Positions 25,249-36,062 of a DNA stretch of 64,000 nt are shown here, one piece after another (position 1 is the stretch's first letter; every line of letters begins with the position of its first letter). The stretch lies in the NCBI GenBank assembly GCA_002269645.1, contig NIVC01003865.1:9100-73099 (forward strand). The letters run 5' to 3'. Under the pieces are notes generated by a model. It searched no databases. It saw nothing but the letters and a program-made list of their open reading frames with translations, and was not told where the DNA came from. The translations under genes and the position numbers were made by a program. Source of the DNA: Macrostomum lignano (Eukaryota).

Positions 25249-28200
25249 ATGCTGCCAGTAACATTTCGCTACCGCCGCTATCTTGGCTGGCGCAAGCACT
25301 GGCTATATGGTTTGTTATTAGCGGCATTTATATTTGCAATTGTCTACCTGCTACATGGCGGCGGCTATCGGGACAGGCTGGCAAACCAAAGGGATTGGCC
25401 AACTGTTCAAGCTGCTTTGTCTGCAACACCATGGGAGCTGCCGGACAATGACCAGCTGGTGCTGTCAGGCCCCGGCAGTCGGCACTATCCAGCAACTTTG
25501 AATGCGTCCAAGTCTGGCGTTGCAGAACTGCTGCAGAATCCCATGAAACTCGATGAGCTGCGCTCCAATGTCAGGAAGACGCTCAGCTATCTGAGCCACT
25601 TGGCTAAGCCGTCCGAATTTGATGCCAACGCTGGCAGCTGCATGTGTGGCCGAATTGCCGAGCCGTGCAACTGCTGCGCCAGGCTCACGGCCGGCCGGCT
25701 TCGGCTCGGACAGACTGCCTGCGTGCAGTTCGCCTATCTGGTGCATCGGCAGGCCATGAGAACCCGGCTGTTGCTGGCCGGGTCCATACTGGTATGGGGA
25801 CTGGCTGCTTCTGTGCTGCATCTCGGGGAGAACTGGGTAGCTTAGTCTGAGGATAGGCCTGGAGAATCGGGTAGCTTAGTCTGAGGATAGGCCAGGAGAA
25901 TCGGGTAGCTTAGTCTGAGAATAGGCCTGGAGAATCGGGTAGCTTAGTCTGAGGATAGGCCAGGAGAATCGGGTAGCTTAGTCTGAGGATAGGCCAGGAG
26001 AATCGGGTAGCTTAGTCTGAGGATAGGCCAGGAGAATCGGGTAGCTTAGTCTGAGAATAGGCCAGGAGAATCGGGTAGCTTAGTCTGAGGATAGGCCTGG
26101 AGAATCGGGTAGCTTAGTCTGAGGATAGGCCAGGAGAATCGGGTAGCTTAGTCTGAGAATAGGCCAGGAGAATCGGGTAGCTTAGTCTGAGGATAGGCCT
26201 GGAGAATCGGGTAGCTTAGTCTGAGGATAGGCCAGGAGAATCGGGTAGCTTAGTCTGAGGATAGGCCAGGAGAATCGGGTAGCTTAGTCTGAGGATAGGC
26301 CTGGAGAATCGGGTAGCTTAGTCTGAGGATAGGCCAGGAGAATCGGGTAGCTTGACTTACTTCTTGACTTAGCTGCAGGGTGGTCCGTAGACACAGCGGG
26401 GAGGCGAGGGTCGCCCATTCCGCTAGCCCCTGAAGGCCCGCAGACAGGCAGAGGCGTGGGGCCGGTCAGGGTGGTCCGCCGGTCCGTCCTGCAGCGTGAT
26501 CTTCCGTTGGGAAGAAACTGGCTCGTCTAGTCGCCCGAAGGAACTGGATGAGCCGTGGGATGCTGTCGGGCTGGCAAACCTCGTCAATGGACGGGTTCGG
26601 CCCGAGGTAGCGTAGCCGGTCTCTGTTAAAGAAAGGGCAGTGACAGACAAAGTGCTGAGCATCTTCATTGTCGCACTCGCAAAAGGGGCAAATTTCGCTC
26701 TCGAGGTCGCCTCGGAGGAAGCAGTGCCTGGCGAGGTAGCCATGGCCGGTAAGGGTCATGACAAGGGCTCGAATATCCTTCCGATTCTGGTTCAGAAGGA
26801 TGTTTCTGAGCCTGTGAGACGGGCAAGGAACCGCGGCACGAGATTGCCGGCAGTTTTGGGTGCCCGCCCATCTGTCCCTGTGGAGGGAGTCAGCCCAGTC
26901 GTCGATCTGACGATTGATGACTGTCAAGGGCATAGGGACCAGGGGGCAGGGCCGAAAAAAGAGCCAGAGCCGCCCCTCTTGGCGAGGGTGTCTGCCAGCT
27001 CGTTCCCCGGAAACCCTGCGTGCCCTGGGATCCACTTCAGCCTGACAGTATTGCTTCTGGCCAGGAGGTTGAGCTGCCGGGCGCAGTCGGCGACTGTCCG
27101 GGAGTTCGTTGTGGTGTGGCAAAGGGCCTGTAAGGCCGCTTGGCTGTCGGAGTGGATGACAATAGTCTTTCCTCTCGTAACCTTGGCGTTCAGCTCTGCA
27201 GCGCAAGAGCTGATGGCAAGGACTTCGTTCTGGAAGACTGTGGAGAGTCTACCAGTGTGCTGGGCATGCGTGGCAATTACGCGGCCGTTGATGATGATGC
27301 AGACCCCAAAGCCGGCGCGACCGTCTTTGATGGATCCGTCCGTGTAGCAATGGACCTCCTGGAAATTCCAGTGGTCATTGGCAGCATCCCTAGAGGGGAT
27401 GGTGACCTTGTAGCGCTGAAAGAGGTTGAGAGTGCGGGGTTCGCCGTCAGATAGGACGTGGAGCCCGCCGCTGTCTCTCAAGTCCTTGAGGCAGAGGTCA
27501 GCGTGGGGCAGAAGCTTGCGCTTAGCCATGGCCCTATGGGGCTGGATTCGAATGCCAGCGTCAGCTAGACGGCGGGCAGTCTTAGCCGCTTCCCTGCGGA
27601 CAAAGATGTCCAGCGGAGGAATGTTGAGGAAGGCGTTGAGGCCATCGTAAGGAGCAGACGGAGGGGCGCTCATGATCGTGCGACAAGCGCGCCCTTGCGC
27701 TCTCCTGAGAGCCTCTAGACAGGTCTTTATCTGCAGGGCGCTAGCCCAGATCAGGCCGCCATACGAGATAGCGGGCCTAACCATTGCAGTGTAGATCCAC
27801 CAGAGGCGCTTGGGGTGAGCCCCCAGGTGGTGCCGACAGCCCTGCGCAATTGCGCGAGGACTGCGAAGGCCTTTTTGGCTTTTGTTTGAACGTGGGGAGA
27901 CCAGTTCAGCCTGTGGTCCAGGGTAATACCCAGACATTTAGTCTGCTTGCAGAAGGGGATTTCCCTTCCGTAAAGCGTGAGCGGCCGAATCTGCCACTTG
28001 GTCCTGCTGGTGAACATGATCGCTGCGGTCTTAGTCTCAGAGAGCCTTAAACCACAGCGGTCCGCCCATTGCTCAGCAGCGTAGATGAAGTTCTGAAGAA
28101 GGTCCCTGAGGGTATCAGGGGACGGACCAGATGCCACCGCGGTGACATCGTCCGCATATCCAACTTTCAGAATGGGGTCAGGCCGAACATCCCGGAGGAG

Positions 28201-31200
28201 CTCATCGATGACCATATTCCAGAGAACTGGAGACAGCACCCCACCTTGCGGGCTACCTTTGCAGACGGGGACCGTCCTCTGGTAGCCCAGCAGACTGGCG
28301 GTGGCCGTGCGATGGCTGATCATGTACATGATCCATCTGGTGAGATGTGAGTGCGTTAGCCTCTCACAAAGAGCTCTTCGGAACGCCTCAAAGAGGACGT
28401 TATCGAAGGCGCCAATGATGTCCAGGAAGATCCCCAGAGCAAAGCCACTACCAAGCACGGCCTTCTCGAGTTTATCGACCAGGACGTGCAGCGCGCTTTC
28501 AGTGGAGCGACCCGCCCGAAAAGCGTGCTGGTTCTCGCTGAGAGGTTTGTTCTTCAGCTCAACAGAGAGAAGGCGCCAAAGCACCAGTCTCTCCATCAGC
28601 TTGACCAGGGAGGAGGTCAAGCTGATCGGTCTGAAGGATTTGATAGAATGGTAGTCCGGGCGGCCTGGCTTAGGGATAAAGATCACCTTTGCCTCGGTCC
28701 ATGCCTGCGGGACATAACCAAGCGTGATGCATGCCCGAAGAAGGCTGCAAAGTTTGCGCAGGAAGCCTGGGCATTTAACCGCCTCTCTTAGAAGGGCCGG
28801 TACAATGCCGTCGGGTCCTGGGGCTTTGAAAGGCTTGAAGGAATTTGCCGCTCTCACAATGCGGTCCTCCGTGATGATAGATGCAGCCAGCGCGTGACCT
28901 CCCTCCGAGTGATCCGGAGTGGTCTGGTTAGCTGGCTCGTTAGGGAAAAACGCAGTGAGCATTACATCAAGCGTTTCCCCTGGGTTGTCCGTGGACGTAC
29001 CGTCGGTGCGTTTGACCGAGGAGAGCTTAGACATTTTGTCCAGCGTGAGCGCTTTCACAACTCTGGAGGTGGGGCGTGAGCCCTCTAGCTCCTCACAGTA
29101 TTGTCGCCATTTTTGAGCCTTTGCATTCCTAACCTGCCTTTTAAACTCATGAATTGCTTCATGATAGGCGGTTTGGTCTGCAGGGCTCTTAGTTTTAGTT
29201 GCTCTGCGGTGGAGTCTCTTAGCCCTGCGACGGAGGTTGCCGAGCTCGGGATTCCACCACGGCGCCGATTTTTTCCCTTTATAGGCTTTTAAAGGGCAGG
29301 ACGCCTCAAAGGCGGCGGTTAGCGTCTCTGTCAAAACAGTCGCGCACTCATCCGCCTCTCGGCACGACGTGATCGTGGATGGTTGGCCAGGAGACCGATG
29401 GAATTCCTTCAGGGCGAGCCCGAAGGTTTCCCAATCCGTATTTCTGGCGTTCCGTCTCCACATAACACGAGTTGCGCTACGCGCGGCCATTAGGTTGAAG
29501 GAGATGAACTTGTGATCCGATAGTGAGGACACTGGAAGCACCCGCCACGCCCCAATACTCTGGTAGAGTCTGGGCGTTGCGAGCGTAGCGTCGATCACCT
29601 CCGACCACCGTCCGTTGTCAAAGGTAGGGGTGGACCCAGAGTTGCAGAACTCGAGGGTCGTAGAGGCAACGTAGGCTAGGAGGTCTTCGCCTCTCTGATT
29701 AATGCCAGTGCTGCCCCAGTGAGTGTGGTGGGCGTTGATGTCGCCGGAAACCATGAGCTCGTAGTTTTTGGCAGAGCAGAGCTCTACCAGCGTAGCGAGG
29801 GCTCTGGGGACGACCGCAGCATCGCCTGGTAGGTAAACCGAGGCAATGAGGGTGGTCTTCCCAGGAAGAAGGTCCTCGGATTGGATGACGCAGATGTCCC
29901 TGTTGGACAGGTCCGATCTGAGCCACGCACTGAGCGTTTTGCTCGCAAAGATGCAAGCTCTGGGAGGCTGGTTGGCCTCGCGAGGGTAAGTATAAAAACA
30001 ATTGTAGCCAGCAGGGGCGTTTTGAGGCTTACCTCTGAGAGTCCAGGGTTCCTGGACGAGGATGAGCCCCGGCTTGTCGAGCTCGGCGTAACGCATAAGG
30101 TTGACCGAGGCTGCGACGCAGTGCTGCAGATTAATCTGCAGGCAATGGATTCCCTGGTTGCTGATCATTATCACGCAGTTGGGGAATCGTTGAGCAGGTC
30201 ATCCTCCTCCTTTTCAGTGGTGGGTGACCCGCAGACCTCCATGGGAGTTTCAGCGTCCTCAGCAGTTAGGGTGGCTGTGGAGTCCTCCGCGGACGTGAGC
30301 CCAGCGTGGACGTTACCGTCGCCTCTCCTGCGTGCTTCGGTGCTGTCACTGCCCGTCCCCTCTGCCTCGTCGGTCAGGTCGATGCGGGTGTCGCCAGCCT
30401 CCTGGTGAGTCACAGACTCGAACCAGTCGGTCGGAGCCTCCCCGCTTAGAGTCTGGCCTTCTGGCTGTTGGGGTGGAGCGCGAGAAGCGCGGGCCCGCTC
30501 ACGATGCGCACGAAGGTTCTTGGCCTGGTCCAGCGCGCGCTGGATCAGGCCGGACCTCCGGGTGCTCCTGGCGGGTCTGCGATTGCGATTTCCGGTTTCA
30601 GCAGCGCGAACTGCCTTACCGGGCATAGGATCGGCCGTTTGCCTCGGCTTCTTTGCCGGAGGAGCCTGGGCCCCAGTTCCGGTTTCGGAAGCTTTGGCAT
30701 TCTTGGCTTCATCAGCTTTCCGCTCCTCGCAACGGAGGATGGTCAGCTGAGTCAGACCAATATGAATTGTGGACTTAGGCGGCAAGCGCTTAGCCCAGTC
30801 ATCAGAGAGCCCTAGGATCACCGTAGCCCCCTTCTCCTTGCGGGAAGTGGCGTGGTGTAGGAGCCCGTTGACCTTAAGGTCGGGGTGCAGCTTTAGCAAT
30901 ATTTGCCTAAGCTGATCTCCGGACTTAATGGCACTGCCGGCCGGGATCCAGACGCGAAAGCGCTGGGTCTTCTGTCGTTCGCCCTCGCTGGCGAAGACGA
31001 GCTTGCCGAGCTTCTTGGGCCAGTTCAGCTTTGGCAGAAGCTCGCGTAGATTGCGGCTGCTCTCCTCCGAGCTGCACCAGATGAAGATGCAGCCGTCGGT
31101 CTTGGCAGACTTGACCACGCTCACAGGGCGGCCCGCCAGGAGCTGGTCGATGAGCGCAGCATCGATGGTGCGCCAGGCACTGTCGAGCTCGTCGGCCGTG

Positions 31201-32996
31201 AGGTCCTGCTCTTCCCCGAAGACGATGACCGCCGGTTGGAGCTTGACCTTTGAGGCGTAGTTGGTGGCGGCGGTTCCCGAAGGCCCGGCCGCGCTTGTAG
31301 CAGGTATACTGGGTGGCTCACCAGCGGGGGTTGTATCCTGGGGGGCAGGGGTTGCTGTGGTTCCTTTCGGCCCAACAGCAGCCTCGCCCTCCCTAGGTTC
31401 CCCTCCGCCGGTGGCCGGCCCGCAGTACCCCGTAGTCGCCGTCGCCGCTCGTTGCGGCGTTGGTTGCGGGTGCGTCGGGCTTCAGCGGAGGGCCCGGTTG
31501 CGCGTGCGGGCATGTCACCAGCCGAGCCGGCGGCAAGCCCATCTGCCCCCGGTGGGGCGGCGCTGGTGCCAGAGTCACCGGCCGGAGTTGCCGGGGCCCC
31601 GGCTTCAGCGGGGGTTAAAGAGGCGGATGACGCCATAGCTGAAAGCGGGAAGGAGTGAGCTGAGTCACAAAAGAAAGAGGAAAGAAGAAAAAGAAAAGGA
31701 CCGCTAGCGACCGGACAACCCCCCGGCCTTCCAGCCCATCGGCACGGTCAAACACCTTAGGCATTAGGGGGTACGTTAAGCAGTACCACGGCCTGCAGGC
31801 TGGCAAGCCAGACCCGCATACCCAAATTCGGCCGAAGCCACTGGATGGGTCGCCAGCGTCGGAGCCCAGTCTGTCCAGCAGCCCTAGGGTCTGCCTTGAA
31901 CACACGCGGGGACGAGTACCCTGGGTCGACTTGTGAAACAGCGTGAGGGGGGGGTCTGCGGCTGCCAGCGGCAAATAGCGGGTGCAGACCTCCCTCTCCA
32001 GCCTTGACCTGCTGAAGATAGGGGCAGGCGTGAAGCATCGCAGACCGTAGCCCTTAGGCCTGGTCTGTCTCATACTTCACTGGCGTGCTGAATACACCTT
32101 CGCGTGCAATCGGGTAGCTTAGTCTGAGAATAGGCCAGGAGAATCGGGTAGCTTAGTCTGAGGATAGGCCAGGAGAATCGGGTAGCTTAGTCTGAGGATA
32201 GGCCAGGTTGGTAGATTGAGCACACCTGGTAGATTTGAACACAGGTTGGTAGATTTGAACACAGGCTGGTAGATTTGAACACAGGCTGGTAGATTTGAAC
32301 ACAGGCTGGTAGATTTGAACACAGGTTGGTAGATTTGAACACAGGCTGGTAGATTTGAACACAGGCTGGTAGATTTGAACACAGGCTGGTAGATTTGAAC
32401 ACAGGTTGGTAGATTTGAACACAGGCTGGTAGATTTGAACACAGGCTGGTAGATTTGAACACAGGCTGGTAGATTTGAACACAGGCTGGTAGATTTGAAC
32501 ACAGGCTGGTAGATTTGAACACAGGCTGGTAGATTTGAACACAGGCTGGTAGATTTGAACACAGGCTGGTAGATTTGAACACAGGCTGGTAGATTTGAAC
32601 ACAGGTTGGTAGATTTGAACACAGGTTGGTAGACTTAAACACCCGCCGTCCGCGCAGGTGGATAAGCTGCTGTCCGCCGCCAGCATGCCGTCGGCGCTGT
32701 GCGCAGGCGAGCACCAGCCCCGCCTGGAACTGTGCGCCAGATTTCGCAACGCATCCTACACTGTGCAGATTCACTCCAGGCACAAGACTAGGCTATCTGG
32801 TTGTATTGAACTATTAGTTAATCTGGCGAATATAACTATTTATGCTTATCCGTTGGGCTGTTTCAACGCCCAGGGTCCCAGCGACTCAGCTGCGGAGTCG
32901 GCGGCTGAAAGCGGCAGGAGCGCCAACGCCAAGGTCGGACGGCCCAAACACGCGGCCGCTGGCCACAATTTGCACATGGACAATTGGGTGCCTTGA
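25249..32996 (+). CDS. DUF4773-domain protein with an N-terminal membrane anchor; exons 25249-25791 and 32658-32996 (293 aa)
   Basis: Exon 1 has a hydrophobic segment (HWLYGLLLAAFIFAIVYLL) and CMCG..PCNCCA...QTACVQFAYL. Exon 2 has LCARFRN...LSGCIELLVNL...YPLGCF. The Cys pattern is that of DUF4773; the GT-AG intron is phase 0. Confidence 0.8.
25828..26353. repeat. 34-bp minisatellite (GAGAATCGGGTAGCTTAGTCTGAGGATAGGCC(A/T)G)n, left part; resumes at 32108-32205 after the LINE
   Basis: Direct reading. Confidence 0.96.
26466..30168 (-). CDS. LINE ORF2: APE endonuclease, reverse transcriptase, RNase H and C-terminal Cys/His motif; two -1 frameshifts (~27810, ~26945)
   Basis: LQINLQHC/QEPW/GDINAHH/SDHK (APE); KAPGPDG, FRPISL, QHAFR, FLDIIGAFD, GSPQGGVLSP, YADD (RT); YTDGS, FQNEVLAI, SDSQAAL, WIPGHAGFPGNELADTLAK (RNase H); CPFC..EDAQHFVCHC. 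Confidence 0.95.
30171..31636 (-). CDS. LINE ORF1 (DUF4780-like), with one frameshift between ~31480 and ~31300
   Basis: ATG at 31636; basic RRTRNQRRNERRRR segment; then, in another frame, YASKVK...DGCIFIWC...RFRVWIP...LHPDLKV...GATVILGL...IHIGLTQL, resembling LOA-clade ORF1. Confidence 0.75.
32206..32640. repeat. 20-bp minisatellite (GGTAGATTTGAACACAGG(C/T)T)n ending ~15 nt before the acceptor
   Basis: Direct reading. Confidence 0.96.
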
Positions 32997-33631
32997 GTGC
33001 TCAGCTCATTTTTTGCATACGAGTTGCTTGTCTCTTTTAACCGGATTGGAAAATCAATAAGATTGATAATCGTAAATCTATAGAAAGGTGTTAGCACAGT
33101 AAAAGCTTTCATTTAAAGTTAATGCTCACTTGCCTACTTTCTACTCGGTACTCAGTAGCAAGTAGAGAAAATCGCTATCATTTTTGTCTGCTTGAAGCAA
33201 CTATTAAGCTGTTATTTTTATTAAGTCAGGAACAAAATAGTAGCGAATACTACTGACTTGACAGTAGTGTAAAAGAGTATGCGAATTGTGAGAAAACTAT
33301 AGATATTATTATTAATATTATTCTTATGCATGCTCCACTGTATTAAACATCAGTTAGAGAATTTATTTTCTGAGATAATATTTTAAGTGTTTTGCTTATT
33401 TTATTTTGTCAACTGCTTCTTTGTGCATTTTTCTTTTCTATTTTTTATTTCAAAAACCTCTATGTTGCTAAGCTATCTTTTTTGTCGACCTGTTTTTTCT
33501 GCTACTGCGCAGGTCTATGAAAAATTAACAACTTCTAGTAGCTAAAACCCAAAATAGTGCGACTGTTAACTGTTAACCAACATTCAATTGTTTTTTTTAC
33601 TTTACTGCGAGTCAAACTGCGAATGAAATGA

Positions 33632-34768
33632 CACCCTCTGAAATGGCAGCCTCTCAAATGAAATGGCAGCCCCTCAAATGAAATGGCAGCCCCTCAAATG
33701 AAATAGCAACCCCTCAAATGAAATGGCAGCCCCTCAAATGAAATGGCAGCCCCTCAAATGAAATGGCAGCCCCTCAAATGAAATAGCACCCCTCAAATGA
33801 AATAGCACCCCTCAAATGAAATAGCACCCCTCAAATGAAATGGCACCCCTCAAATGAAATGGCAGCCCCTCAAATGAAATAGCACCCCTCAAATGAAATA
33901 GCACCCCTCAAATGAAATAGCACCCCTCAAATGAAATAGCACCCCTCAAATGAAATGGCAGCCCCTCAAATGAAATAGCAGCCCCTCAAATGAAATGGCA
34001 GCCCCTCAAATGAAATAGCACCCCTCAAATGAAATGGCAGCCCCTCAAATGAAATAGCAGCCCCTCAAATGAAATGGCAGCCCCTCAAATGAAATAGCAC
34101 CCCTCAAATGAAATGGCAGCCCCTCAAATGAAATAGCAGCCCCTCAAATGAAATGACAGCCCCTCAAATGAAATGGCAGCCCCTCAAATGAAATGGCAGC
34201 CCCTCAAATGAAATGGCAGCCCCTCAAATGAAATAGCAGCCCCTCAAATGAAATGGCAGCCCCTCAAATGAAATGGCAGCCCCTCAAATGAAATAGCAGC
34301 CCCTCAAATGAAATGGCAGCCCCTCAAATGAAATAGCAGCCCCTCAAATGAAATGGCAGCCTCTCAAATGAAATGGCAGCCCCTCAAATGAAATGGCAGC
34401 CCCTCAAATGAAATGGCAGCCCCTCAAATGAAATGGCAGCCTCTCAAATGAAATGGCAGCCCCTCAAATGAAATGGCAGCCCCTCAAATGAAATAGCAAC
34501 CCCTCAAATGAAATGGCACCCCTCAAATGAAGTGGCACCCCTCAAATGAAGTGGCACCCCTCAAATGAAATGACAGCCCCTCAAATGAAATGGCAGCCCC
34601 TCAAATGAAATGACAGCCCCTCAAATGAAATGGCAGCCCCTCAAATGAAATGGCAGCCCCTCAAATGAAATGACAGCCCCTCAAATGAAATGGCAGCCCC
34701 TCAAATGAAATGACAGCCCCTCAAATGAAATGGCACCCCTCAGATGAAATGGCACCCCTCAAATGGAG
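33632..34768. repeat. 19-20 bp minisatellite (CCCCTCAAATGAAAT(G/A)GCA[G])n, intergenic
   Basis: Direct reading. Confidence 0.97.
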
Positions 34769-35434
34769 TGGCGCACAAAGGCGCAACCCCCAGTCAAAAC
34801 TGCTAGCTACGAGGTCCTGAACGCCTTCCTATTCGTTACTTCTGCACTTTTCTTTTTAATGATATTCTTTTCAAGCACCCGCAGATAGCAATAACTCTTA
34901 TTATGTAATTTCCTTTCTTCTGCCCAAGTCAATATTTTGAGCAGGCGGGAGTGGCTGGTCTTCTACCTTCCTTCTCAGCTGCAGTCACACCCGATTTGCC
35001 TTTAGGAATTTCTGTCTTCCTCGCACCTGTGCCATTTTTTATTTCCTATTATTTGCTATTTTTTTGACGGATGCTACTTATATACTACTTGTATTCTACT
35101 ATGCAGAACAGCGTTCAACAGACTCGGTATGATTATTTATTACTTCAGTCCACGCAAAGTCACGGAGCTTAAACGGAATAATATTTCATTCACTATATTA
35201 TGACTCTTAAATTGTATGTTGTTTTGCGTTTCGGACCTTTAAATAAGATTGTTTTTTTGCTTTGAGATACTTCTCAAGCACAATTGCGAATTGAAATACC
35301 TTTATATTTGAAATAATAAGAATAATATAAAATAATAGTAAGTTTACATTAGATTGAAACAATGAAATGAAAAACTTAACGCAGCAAACCTGGTAGACTT
35401 CACAGACTTAAATCCCACATTCAGATAGTCAGCC

Positions 35435-35990
35435 TCCGTGATCCCATCAGCCTTCCCACTCTCTGACCCATCAGCCTTCCCACTCTCTGACCCATCAGCC
35501 TTCCCACTCTCTGATCCCACCAGCCTTCCCACTCTCTGATCCCACCAGCCTTCCCACTCTCTGACCCATCAGCCTTCCCACTCTCTGACCCATCAGCCTT
35601 CCCACTCTCTGATCCCACCAGCCTTCCCACTCTCTGATCCTGTCAGCCTCTCTGATCCCGTCAGCCTCTCTGATCCCATCAGCCTCTCTGATCCCATCAG
35701 CCTTCCCACTCTCTGATCCCGTCAGTCTCTCTGATCCCATCAGTCTCTCTGATCCCATCAGCCTTCCCACTCTCTGATCCCATCAGCCTCTCTGATCCCG
35801 TCAGCCTCTCTGACCCCATCAGTCTCTCTGATCCCATCAGCCTCTCTGATCCCATCAGGCTCTCTGATTCCATCAGCCTCTCTGATCCCATCAGGCTCTC
35901 TGATTCCATCAGCCTGTCTGATCCCATCAGTCTCTCTGATCCCGTCAGCCTCTCTGATCCCATCAGGTTCCCCCTCTCTGATCCCATCAG
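35435..35990. repeat. 18/25-bp minisatellite (CTCTCTGATCCCATCAGC[CTTCCCA])n just downstream of the DEF8 stop
   Basis: Direct reading. Confidence 0.93.
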
Positions 35991-36062
35991 TCTTATCAGA
36001 TAGTGGGAAGGATGATGGGATCAATATTCCACTCCCTGATCCAACCACTGGGTCCCAGCCAT

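Larger units (their letters stand above)
26354..32107 (-). mobile_element. Full-length LOA/R1-type non-LTR retrotransposon (5,754 bp)
   Basis: 13-bp TSD AATCGGGTAGCTT (26341-26353, 32108-32120); ~470-nt 5' UTR; two ORFs; short-repeat 3' tail (TAAGTCAAGAAGTAAGTC). Confidence 0.93.

Noticed and set aside
31637-32107. HDV-like ribozyme in the LINE 5' UTR (GGC-TTCG-GCC hairpin followed by GAAT)
   Set aside because: P1/P3 pairings could not be completed by eye; left as a computational check.
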